Notes under the pieces: generated by a model
Databases searched by the model: none
Told to the model about the DNA's origin: nothing
Seen by the model: only the letters and a program-made list of their open reading frames with translations
Part shown: piece by piece, positions 24,362-31,704 of the stretch
Layout of the letters: the number at the start of each line of letters is the position of its first letter
Position numbering within the stretch: the first letter of the stretch is position 1
IMG/VR virus record: IMGVR_UViG_3300036805_000186
Coordinates: 1-31,704 of that record
Source: a virus
Taxonomy: Duplodnaviria; Caudoviricetes
Strand: one strand, 5' to 3'
DNA: 31,704 nt
Program-made: the position numbers and the translations under genes

Positions 24362-24820
24362 ATGCAGCTCACCGTCCTCGAGCAAATCCGCCAGAACGTG
24401 CTGAAGGTGCTGGGCACGATCTCGACCGCGAACGGCAATTCCTTCGACGGCGTCGTGATCGAGCCCAATCGCGTGGGCGAGCAGACCGGCGACGGCGTCC
24501 TCGTCCCGCACCTAGGCGGTTCGGAGCGCAACCCGGAGAGCAACGCCGGCGTCGAGGAATGGGTGCAGGCGTTCGAGGTGCAGATCTTCTGCGTGCAGTC
24601 TGAGACGCTGGCGGCGCCGGCCGACGGGCAGATCACCCAGCGCGTGGCCGAGGTGGTCAAAGCGCTGATGAAGGATCCCACCCGCGGCGACTGGGCCCAC
24701 GACACGACCGACGAGCCGCCGGACTGGTTCAAGCGCGCCGACGGCCGCCACGAGGGGGCCGTTGCGGTCGTCCACGTTCGCTACCGGCATCAGTGGGGGG
24801 ACCCGTTCACCGTTCGGTGA
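24362..24820 (+). CDS. Tail terminator protein (gpU-like)
   Basis: EQIRQNV...L.TI, V.KALM.DPTRG.WA.DT, V.YRH..GDP. Confidence 0.7.
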   Translation: MQLTVLEQIRQNVLKVLGTISTANGNSFDGVVIEPNRVGEQTGDGVLVPHLGGSERNPESNAGVEEWVQAFEVQIFCVQSETLAAPADGQITQRVAEVVKALMKDPTRGDWAHDTTDEPPDWFKRADGRHEGAVAVVHVRYRHQWGDPFTVR

Positions 24821-24828
24821 ACGGCGAG

Positions 24829-24851
24829 TCTCAAATTCGAAGTCTCAAATC
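24829..24851 (+). repeat. Degenerate TCTCAAA heptamer repeat remnant
   Basis: TCTCAAATTCGAAGTCTCAAATC in an intergenic gap. Confidence 0.4.
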
Positions 24852-24864
24852 AGGAGCCCCGCCC

Positions 24865-25383
24865 ATGTTCCAGCAATACCGCGATTTCGCCTCGGTCGAC
24901 CGCAGCTCCGCCGCCCACCCGGGCCAGCCGGTCCACAGCGACAACGGCTACGACGTCTGGCAGACCGCCGACGGGCAGTTCTACCTGATGCAGGGCGGCA
25001 CGCGCGTCGGCGGCTTTAGCAGCCTCTCGGCCGCTCAGAAGTTCGCGACCGACGCGATCGCCGCGGCGGCCGCAGCGGCCCAGGCGAAGCTCGCAGACCC
25101 GGCGCACCAGGCGGCCCTGCAGCAGGCCCAGCTCGAGGCGCAAGCCGAGGCCGAAGCGCAGGCCGAGGCACTCGCCGCCGAGCGGGCCGCGGCCGAGGCC
25201 CAGGCCGAAGCCGCCGCCGCCGCCCAACGGGCGCAGTCCGCCGCCGAAGCCGCCCGCGCCAAGGAGGCGGCCGCCGCCGCGATCCACACCGGCGGCGCGC
25301 AACAAACCGCCCCGACGGCGCAATCCGCCCCGGCTCCCGCGCAACCGGCAGCCGCCGCGGCGCAAGCCGCGCCGGGCCACTGA
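24865..25383 (+). CDS. Hypothetical protein with Ala/Gln/Glu coiled-coil tail (paralog of 23129..23365)
   Basis: AGGAG RBS; MFQQYRDFASVD....HPGQPV...GYDVWQ..DG. Confidence 0.75.
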   Translation: MFQQYRDFASVDRSSAAHPGQPVHSDNGYDVWQTADGQFYLMQGGTRVGGFSSLSAAQKFATDAIAAAAAAAQAKLADPAHQAALQQAQLEAQAEAEAQAEALAAERAAAEAQAEAAAAAQRAQSAAEAARAKEAAAAAIHTGGAQQTAPTAQSAPAPAQPAAAAAQAAPGH

Positions 25384-25470
25384 GTTATCCCCGGAATAAA
25401 AAACGGAATATTTTCCGCGCGTTTTGCGCGCGGGCCGCCCCCTTCGTGCCTCTATCACCCAGGAGCTCCG

Positions 25471-26439
25471 ATGAGTCTCGACATCACGTTGACGACGCGC
25501 AACCGCTACGCCGCGGGCAAGCTCGAAACGACCACGGGGACGGCGATCGCGCTGGGCGCCCCGGAGTGCTCACTGTTCAATTGGATCGGGTCCCCCAAGA
25601 TCAGCGGCAAGGTCGGCAAGAACAAGCGCAAGGCGCAGGGCGTTCAGGCGAACCTGATCACGATCCCCGGCCAGCGCGGCGGCGCCTGCTCGTGGCAGAG
25701 CGAGATCTTCGGGAGCGGCACCGCCGCCACTGCGCCCCCCTGGGCGGCGCTCCTGCAGGCGTGCGGCTGTTCGCTGTCGACCAACGTCTTCACTCCGGTG
25801 TCCCCCACGGCTACTCAGGCGCTCAACAGCGCGACGGTCGGTTTCTTCCAGTCCGGGCGGTTTAAGAGCTTGGCCGGCGCGATGGGAAACCTGAAGCTGA
25901 GCGGCAAGGTCGGTTCGCCGCTGCGCCTGACGTGGGAGTGGCAGGGCGTCTGGCAGGCGGTGCAGCGGATCGCGATCCCCACCGGCATCACGCCCCCGAC
26001 CAGCCCCAAGCCCCCGACGTTTGCCGGCGGCACGTTCGCGGTGGGCGGCCAGACGATGCGCGTCAGCCAGTTCGAGTTCGACGCCGGCGCGCAGATCTAT
26101 ATCCGCGAGGACCCGACGTCGGTCGACGGCAGCGTGGGCACGCTGGGGACGGGCCTGCGCGCCGCGATCATCATGGACCGCGAGCCGACGATCAAGATCA
26201 ACCCCGAGTCCGAGCCGCTGAACGTGCTCGACTTCTTCGGCGCGTTCGACGCGATGACCACCTACAGCTTCAGCCTGCAGGTCGGCGCGACCGCCGGGAA
26301 CCAGTTCACCTTCGCCGCCCCGGCGGCCCAGCTCCAGGATCCGCCCGAGGACGAGGACCGCAGCGGGATGATGGCCGACGACCTCACGTTCCTCTGCACG
26401 GGCACGGCCGACGCGGAGTGGTCGTTCACGTTCGGCTGA
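25471..26439 (+). CDS. Major tail tube protein
   Basis: AGGAG RBS; K.ETT.GT, PPW..LLQACG, GA.GN.K, F.APAAQ...P...DR.G; precedes chaperones and tape measure. Confidence 0.85.
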   Translation: MSLDITLTTRNRYAAGKLETTTGTAIALGAPECSLFNWIGSPKISGKVGKNKRKAQGVQANLITIPGQRGGACSWQSEIFGSGTAATAPPWAALLQACGCSLSTNVFTPVSPTATQALNSATVGFFQSGRFKSLAGAMGNLKLSGKVGSPLRLTWEWQGVWQAVQRIAIPTGITPPTSPKPPTFAGGTFAVGGQTMRVSQFEFDAGAQIYIREDPTSVDGSVGTLGTGLRAAIIMDREPTIKINPESEPLNVLDFFGAFDAMTTYSFSLQVGATAGNQFTFAAPAAQLQDPPEDEDRSGMMADDLTFLCTGTADAEWSFTFG

Positions 26440-26572
26440 TCGCAATAAACGTTGCGCGTCCGCGTCCCCGGCGCGAGGGGCGGTTTTTCCGGGAAAATAC
26501 GGTCGAGTACTCGGGAGCTGCGGCAGCCGCGGCGACGTCCAGGTCCTGTGCCCGGGCGCAGTGGATGCAACG

Positions 26573-27199
26573 ATGCAAATCAGCGTCACCGTCGTCGACC
26601 GCGCCGAGCTCGAGGCGCTGGTTCACCGCTTCGACGCCTACCCCGCGATCAAGCGCAAGGCGATCAGCTCCGCCGTCAACCGCTCCCTCTCGGCCGGCCG
26701 CACGCTGACCGGCCGGCGGGTCCGGGAGGAGCTGAACCTCAAGGCGAAGGACGTGCGGGAGCAGATCGCGCTGCGCGCGGCGACCGAGGCGGCGCCCTAC
26801 GGCTCGATCACGATCAGCCGAAAGCCCGTGCCGCTGGCCAAGTTCGGCGCGACGCAGACGAAGGCGGGCGTCCACGTGGTCGTTCGCCGCCGCCGCGGCC
26901 CCGAGCAGCTCCCCCACGCGTTCCTGGCCACGATGAAGAGCGGCCACACCGGCGTCTTCGTTCGGACCGGGCCCTACGTCGTGCCGGGCAAGGGCAGGTA
27001 CGCGGGGCGGATCGCCCGCCGCGGCCCGCGCAAGGGCCAGCCGATCCTCCGCCAGCAGATCAAGGAAGTCTTCGGGCCTACGGTCGTCGGCGTGATCGCC
27101 GGCAAGCCCGGCCTGCTCGAGGAGATCGCCAGCCACATCGGAGCCGTGCTCCTGGAGCGGATGCGCTCCCAGATCAGCCGCTTTTTTGGAACGACGTGA
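26573..27199 (+). CDS. Minor tail protein Z (gpZ-like tail completion)
   Basis: KAISSAVNR, AFLATMKSGHTGVF.R, I.E.FGP.V. Confidence 0.8.
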   Translation: MQISVTVVDRAELEALVHRFDAYPAIKRKAISSAVNRSLSAGRTLTGRRVREELNLKAKDVREQIALRAATEAAPYGSITISRKPVPLAKFGATQTKAGVHVVVRRRRGPEQLPHAFLATMKSGHTGVFVRTGPYVVPGKGRYAGRIARRGPRKGQPILRQQIKEVFGPTVVGVIAGKPGLLEEIASHIGAVLLERMRSQISRFFGTT

Positions 27200-27245
27200 A
27201 CGAACAACGCCCCGCGAGCGGGGCCGCTAAACGCGAGTGAAACGA

Positions 27246-27812
27246 ATGAAGACGCCGCCCATTTCCGTCGCCTACGACCCCACTCAAACCGGCTGGGTGA
27301 CCCTGCCGCGCCACGAGCAGATCGCCGAGGACCTGCGCCCGGCCTTCCAGGTCCGCTTCCTGACCGTGCGCCGCAACCGTGCGGCGCGGGACCTATATCT
27401 CGAGGGCTCGCGCGAGACGGTCTACGAGCGGGCTAACGCGCTGATCGATCAGGCCCTTGCGATGCTCCTGGTCGGATGGCGCAACGTGGTCGACGCCGAG
27501 GGCAAGGCGATCCCGTTCCCGTCCCCCGACGCCGTCGCCGCCTTTCATGACGCGATGGCGAAGGCCGCCGCGCCGGAAGCGAAGCCGGCGGCCGACCAAG
27601 CGCCGACTCCGGCGCCGCCCGCCCCCGCGCTCTTCGACGACCTGGGGACTTGGGACGAGAAACGCGATGTGTTCGTCGACCTGCTGCACGGGATGCGCTT
27701 CGCGGAGCTGGACCGTAAAAAAAAATCGAGCTCCGCCTCGCGGTCGGGATCCGAAAGGGCGTCCTCTGCCGATCCTGCACCGCCGCCTGCTGGGAGCCTC
27801 CCACCGAGCTGA
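27246..27812 (+). CDS. Tail assembly chaperone (gpG-like)
   Basis: LVGWRNV.DAEG..IPF motif; A9 slippery run followed by a low-complexity Ser/Pro tail. Confidence 0.8.
   Translation: MKTPPISVAYDPTQTGWVTLPRHEQIAEDLRPAFQVRFLTVRRNRAARDLYLEGSRETVYERANALIDQALAMLLVGWRNVVDAEGKAIPFPSPDAVAAFHDAMAKAAAPEAKPAADQAPTPAPPAPALFDDLGTWDEKRDVFVDLLHGMRFAELDRKKKSSSASRSGSERASSADPAPPPAGSLPPS
27716..27727 (+). other. Programmed -1 ribosomal frameshift site (A AAA AAA) producing G-T fusion
   Basis: CGT AAA AAA AAA TCG; -1 frame is closed by TAA at 27716-27718 and open from there to 28123. Confidence 0.8.
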
Positions 27813-28123
27813 AGCCCTGGCAGATCACCTGCCCGGAGTGCAACGGGGACGAGCACGTCGCCGACTGCCCGCTCTGCGGGGGCGCCCGCCAGGTGGACAT
27901 CGCCCGCTGCCCCCACGAGCTGGTCGGGGCCGACGTCTGGGAGCTGCTTCGGTTCTGTGACCTGGTCGACCGCGGCCACCTGCCGCGACGCGGCGCGCCG
28001 CTCGACCAGACCCAGAGTTTTATGGACGCGCTGAGCGCGGTGACGGTCGAGTCGAACCGGATGGAGCGGTCGATCCTCAACGGCTCGCTTGACGCGGAGG
28101 ACCCCTCCGAAGGGGACGAGTAG
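27725..28123 (+). CDS. Tail assembly chaperone T moiety (frameshift extension) with Cys-rich zinc finger
   Basis: IELRLAVGIRKGVLCRSC...CPECNG..CPLCGG...RCP...GHLPRRGAPLDQ; no own RBS/ATG for the 5' part. Confidence 0.75.
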   Translation: MELRLAVGIRKGVLCRSCTAACWEPPTELKPWQITCPECNGDEHVADCPLCGGARQVDIARCPHELVGADVWELLRFCDLVDRGHLPRRGAPLDQTQSFMDALSAVTVESNRMERSILNGSLDAEDPSEGDE

Positions 28124-28125
28124 CC

Positions 28126-29979
28126 ATGGGCGAAAAGGTCGAAAAGGTCAGGCTGATCGTCCACACCGAGGAGGAGGGCGCGGGCGTCCTCGAGCGGGTC
28201 AGCGGCAACCTCAAGAAGATCGCGCAGGAGCAGCGGGCGAGCGGGGAGCACCAGCTCGAGAGCCTCATCAAGGGCGCTGGCGTCGCCGGCCTGGCCATGG
28301 AGGCCCTCGAGAGGACCGCCAAGGTGGCCGAAGCCTCCCGCGAGGCGATGAAGCAGGTGCGCGAGGGGGCGATTGACACCACCCAGGCGTGGGGCCAGGT
28401 CGTCCAAAAGACCTCCGACGCGATCCCGATTTTCGGCTCGGCGGTCCGGGCGCTCGATGAGATCGGGCGGGCCTCCAACGACGCCGTGGCGGCGCTGGCC
28501 CGCGCGCACGACGTCGACGAGGACTACATCGAGCAGCACATCGAGGACCCGGACACCGTCAAGGAACGCTACGAGGCGATCAACCGGGCAGTCGACGCCG
28601 CCAGCCGCGAGCGCCGCCATGCCCGCGAGGAGGCCGACCTCGCCGAGCTGAAGGGGCGCGAGCGGGTCGACCGCGAGGAGGAGATCCGCAACGAGCGGCG
28701 CCTGGAGTCGATCCGGGAGGAGCGGACCAAGGAGCTCGCCGAGGTCGAGCGCGGCACCCGCGCCTGGCACCAGGTGATGGGGATCTTCCGCCAGGTGGAG
28801 GAGCAGGAGGAGCGGGTCCACCAAGCCAACATGGTCAAGATCCGGATCGAGGCGGCCGAGCAGTTCGACGAATACTCGCGCGGCCACGCCGCCGCCATGA
28901 TCTCGATCGATACGGCCAGCCGGGCGGCGCGCCTCCAGGAGGCGGGGCTCGCCGAGCAGGCAGCCGCGCTGGCCGTCCGGGAGCGGGCGGAGAAGGAGAT
29001 CGAGGAACGCGAAGCGCGGATGAACCGCGACATCGCCAGGGACCCCGCCCGGGAGGGGATGTACCGGGAGGACGCCCATCACGAGATCATGGCCATCACG
29101 CGGCGACGGAATGAGGAGCTGGCCCTGCTCCAGCGCGAGGAGGGCCGCCGGCTCGAGGACGAGGCCGCCGAGCACGAGGAGCGGCTCGCCCGCATCAATG
29201 CCCAGGCAGCGGCCGAGCGGTTGCGGTTCAAGCACCGGGACGCGGAAGCGGACCTGTTGGCGTTGAAGTCACAGCACGCGGCCGAGCTGGCCGAGATCGA
29301 CTACTGGGAGAAACAGCAAAAGGACCGCCTGGAGCGGTCCGGCGTCACCGGGATCGACGCCATGTCGCGCGCCGCCCGAATCGAGCGCGAGGCCCGCGAA
29401 CGCCGGTCGGCCGCCACCGCCGATTACAGCGCCCGGCGCGACCTGACGGAGCGGGGCCATGCCCAGGCGCAGGCGGACAAGGACGAACAGGCGCTGATCG
29501 GCCGGCAGGAGGCACAGGTGCAGCTCCTGCAGGCGGCGGGGGCGCTGGGCAACAAGCTGGCCGCACAGGACGCCGAGCGGCTGGAAATCCTCTCCCGCAC
29601 CGAGTCGCAGATTGCGGCGATCAACCGCGAGCTCCGCGAGCAAAAGGACCTCTCGCCAGCCGCACGCGCCGAACTGGAAAAGACCGCCGCCATCCTCCGC
29701 GCCAGCGGGGCGGCCGAGCTGGCGGCCGTCGGCCGCGGCGACGCCGAGCCGTTCCGTGCCGCGCCCGGCGGCGAGGCCGGGCGGGGCGTCCGCGGGTACC
29801 GGGCTGCCGCGGAGACGGCCTACGAGTCGGCCGAGCAGCGGCGCTACGAGGCCACGATCAAGGGGCTGGGGCTGCAGCAGGTCCTCATCGACGTGATGAA
29901 GCAGGTGGCCGACGTCGGCCGGCAGGTCGCCGGCGCCGTCGCCGGCGGCGGCCCGCAGACGTCCTCGCTTCGCTGGTAG
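28126..29979 (+). CDS. Tape measure protein (617 aa)
   Basis: Follows G/GT; long helical Ala/Glu/Arg-rich sequence. Confidence 0.8.
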   Translation: MGEKVEKVRLIVHTEEEGAGVLERVSGNLKKIAQEQRASGEHQLESLIKGAGVAGLAMEALERTAKVAEASREAMKQVREGAIDTTQAWGQVVQKTSDAIPIFGSAVRALDEIGRASNDAVAALARAHDVDEDYIEQHIEDPDTVKERYEAINRAVDAASRERRHAREEADLAELKGRERVDREEEIRNERRLESIREERTKELAEVERGTRAWHQVMGIFRQVEEQEERVHQANMVKIRIEAAEQFDEYSRGHAAAMISIDTASRAARLQEAGLAEQAAALAVRERAEKEIEEREARMNRDIARDPAREGMYREDAHHEIMAITRRRNEELALLQREEGRRLEDEAAEHEERLARINAQAAAERLRFKHRDAEADLLALKSQHAAELAEIDYWEKQQKDRLERSGVTGIDAMSRAARIEREARERRSAATADYSARRDLTERGHAQAQADKDEQALIGRQEAQVQLLQAAGALGNKLAAQDAERLEILSRTESQIAAINRELREQKDLSPAARAELEKTAAILRASGAAELAAVGRGDAEPFRAAPGGEAGRGVRGYRAAAETAYESAEQRRYEATIKGLGLQQVLIDVMKQVADVGRQVAGAVAGGGPQTSSLRW

Positions 29980-29985
29980 GACAAA

Positions 29986-30115
29986 ACCCCAGATCCGAAG
30001 CACGAAACTCGAAAGAAGCTCCAAGGACCAAAGCGGAAAACGCCCCACTTCCGAGCCTTTGAGCTTCGGGTTTGCCCCTTCCTTCGGATTTCGACTTTTC
30101 GGGTTTCGAGCTTGT
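29986..30115. repeat. Heptamer REP-like inverted repeat element, copy B (inverted relative of 8036..8131)
   Basis: ATCCGAAGCACGAAACTCGAA ... TTCGGATTTCGACTTTTCGGGTTTCGAG. Confidence 0.75.
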
Positions 30116-30123
30116 GAGCCACC

Positions 30124-31113
30124 ATGCCTGAAATCACCGAACGATGGTCCGGCCGCAAGGGGAAATTCGACTACAAGCTGCGCCAGTGGGTGAGCCAGCG
30201 CGAGTACGACTGCGCCTACTGCCCCGACGAGTTCCAGGCCCGCTCCGCGCTCAAGTCGGCGTTCAACATCGGCATCAACTCGCCGCACCCCAACAATTCG
30301 ACGCTGGTCTGCACGTCGATCGAGGCGCCGGCGGTCGGGCTGAACTTCTTCCGCCTCACGGCCCTCTTCACCATCCCACCCGGCGGCGACGCGACGGCCA
30401 GCGACGACCCGCTGAGCCAGCCGATCGAGATCGACTGGGAGCCGGGCGTCTGGACGGAGCCCAGCGAGATCGACGCCTACGGGACGCCGATCCTCAACAT
30501 GGCCGGCGACCCCGTCGACCCGCCGGTGCAGATGGAGTGGCCGACGATCACGCTGGTGGCCACGAAGTGGGAGCCGTTCTACGACCCCGTCCAGGCCGTC
30601 GCCTACCAGGGGGCGCTCAACACCGACCAGTTCACGATCGAGGGGAGCGGGCAAAACATCGTCGTGCCGCCGGGCCAATGCCGCTGCCAGATCATCAAGC
30701 CGGCGGAGGCTTACACGCTGAACGCGAAGTTCAACCGCGTCGTCTACCGCCTCACCATGCGGCCCAACCAGACCGAGTATTCGAAGGTTCAGGCCGACGC
30801 CTGGGACATCCGCCTCCTGAACCAGGGCTTCAACGGCTGGTACACCGACCCGAGCAGCAACAAGCCGGCCAAGGCGCGGTTCAACATGCCCGACGGCACT
30901 GAGGCGGTCGTTCCGCTGCTGCTCGACGAGACGGGCAAACCCATCCTGGCGGGCGTGACGGTCGGCAAGGGCCGCGCGGCGGCGATCGCCAACCCCAACC
31001 CGCCCAAGGCCGGGTCCGACGTCGACCTGGAGATCCAGAACATCGGGGGCACCAAGCAGGTGTTCCTGCACTATTTCCGCGGCAAATTCCTCCCCTTCAC
31101 GGGGCTGGTCTGA
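30124..31113 (+). CDS. Putative distal tail / tail-tip protein
   Basis: Immediately after tape measure; beta-rich; D..G.PILN.AGDP.DPP, LLNQG, P.LLD..G motifs. Confidence 0.65.
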   Translation: MPEITERWSGRKGKFDYKLRQWVSQREYDCAYCPDEFQARSALKSAFNIGINSPHPNNSTLVCTSIEAPAVGLNFFRLTALFTIPPGGDATASDDPLSQPIEIDWEPGVWTEPSEIDAYGTPILNMAGDPVDPPVQMEWPTITLVATKWEPFYDPVQAVAYQGALNTDQFTIEGSGQNIVVPPGQCRCQIIKPAEAYTLNAKFNRVVYRLTMRPNQTEYSKVQADAWDIRLLNQGFNGWYTDPSSNKPAKARFNMPDGTEAVVPLLLDETGKPILAGVTVGKGRAAAIANPNPPKAGSDVDLEIQNIGGTKQVFLHYFRGKFLPFTGLV

Positions 31114-31123
31114 GGAGCAACCC

Positions 31124-31561
31124 ATGGACGCACTGCTGGTCTACAACGGGAAGGCCGTCAACGGCGACGACAGCAACACCGCCGGCGCCTACGTGAAGCG
31201 CAAGCCCGACAAGTCGATCCAGGTGGGCGCGGTCCAGGTTGCCGGCAACGCCGCCCTGCAGCAGGGGCTCGCACTTCAGGGCGTCGCGGTTAGCGCAAGC
31301 CAGACGATCGACACCACCGCCTTCTCCTGGGAGGTCAGCGCGACCGGCGGCGCCGTGACGCTGACCCTCCCTCCTGTCGCGACGGTCCCGAACCAGGTCT
31401 ACGAGCTGGTCAAGACCGACGCCAGCGGCAACGCCGCCGGCTTCCAGGCCTCCGCCGGCGAGACGATCAACGGGAGCACGGGCGTGCAGTCGACGTCGAC
31501 GCAATACGGCCTCGTGCGCGTGAAGGCGAATGCCGCCGGCACGGCGTGGTACCTGTGGTGA
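31124..31561 (+). CDS. Tail fibre-associated small protein
   Basis: GAGGAG RBS; TLTLP....NQVY..VKTD.S.N......GETING......QY....W repeat type seen in fibre proteins. Confidence 0.65.
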   Translation: MDALLVYNGKAVNGDDSNTAGAYVKRKPDKSIQVGAVQVAGNAALQQGLALQGVAVSASQTIDTTAFSWEVSATGGAVTLTLPPVATVPNQVYELVKTDASGNAAGFQASAGETINGSTGVQSTSTQYGLVRVKANAAGTAWYLW

Positions 31562-31568
31562 TCGCCGC

Positions 31569-31704
31569 ATGCCGTGGATCTCGCGCAAAGACCTGCAGCT
31601 CATCCAGCGACTGATCGACCTGGTCAAGTCGATCCGCGGCCCTGGCGTGCGCAACGACGGCCGCACGATCACGATCAACCCGCCGCCGGTCCGGATCCCG
31701 CCGC
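31569..31704 (+). CDS. Putative tail protein, 3'-truncated
   Basis: MPWISRKDLQLIQRLIDLVKSIRGPGVRNDGRTITINPPP...; open to the window end. Confidence 0.55.
   Translation, partial: MPWISRKDLQLIQRLIDLVKSIRGPGVRNDGRTITINPPPVRIPP

Larger units (their letters stand above)
1..31704 (+). mobile_element. Lambda-like siphovirus (phage/prophage) segment: accessory, late-regulator, lysis-position, packaging, head and tail modules
   Basis: Colinear TerS-TerL(GpA)-gpW-portal-protease-MCP-DUF2190-head/tail connectors-tail tube-G/GT-tape measure; no sheath gene seen; many small orphan ORFs. Confidence 0.95.

Noticed and set aside
25060-25380. GCC/GAG-rich quasi-repeats as a DNA repeat element
   Set aside because: Explained by Ala/Glu/Gln coiled-coil codons
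27457-27960. +1 frame ORF as the frameshift product
   Set aside because: Low-complexity Arg/Pro sequence; the -1 frame has the Cys motifs and the LP..G..LDQ signature and ends just before the tape measure start
27433-31125. 600-aa and 618-aa - strand ORFs
   Set aside because: Shadows of tape measure and distal tail genes
1-31704. Diversity-generating retroelement, retron, integrase, transposase, tRNA or rRNA
   Set aside because: No YxDD reverse transcriptase, recombinase or DDE motifs; no TR/VR pair or cloverleaf recognised by eye

Overview
A very GC-rich 31.7-kb segment of a lambda-like, cos-packaging siphovirus (free phage or prophage; no integrase or att site in view). The host is probably a Planctomycete of the Phycisphaerae type, inferred from the TTQP-repeat lipoprotein, the UpxY-like NusG paralog and the host-type intergenic repeats. 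Layout: (i) 1-3776, small + strand accessory genes including a sigma-70 region-4 HTH protein, a J-domain (HPD) protein and a CxxCxxCC protein. (ii) 3769-6254, a convergent - strand cassette of small genes with its own promoter, a palindromic operator candidate and a structured leader. (iii) 6739-7311, a NusG/RfaH/UpxY-type antiterminator at the position lambda uses for Q. (iv) 7308-14630, a lysis-position block with no recognisable peptidoglycan endolysin; it holds membrane peptides, an alpha/beta hydrolase, a glycine-zipper lipoprotein, a holin-like protein, a clan GH-A glycoside hydrolase and a 926-aa LamG protein. (v) A lambda-like cosQ/cosN site near 14.7 kb. (vi) A head-tail module: TerS, TerL, gpW, portal with a long C-terminal extension, protease, MCP, DUF2190, a DUF115/Maf-like glycosyltransferase, head closure, tail terminator, tail tube, gpZ, G/GT chaperones with a -1 frameshift, tape measure and distal tail proteins. 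About eleven REP-like repeat elements of several unrelated families sit at gene junctions. All family calls come from motif recognition by eye, without database searches.
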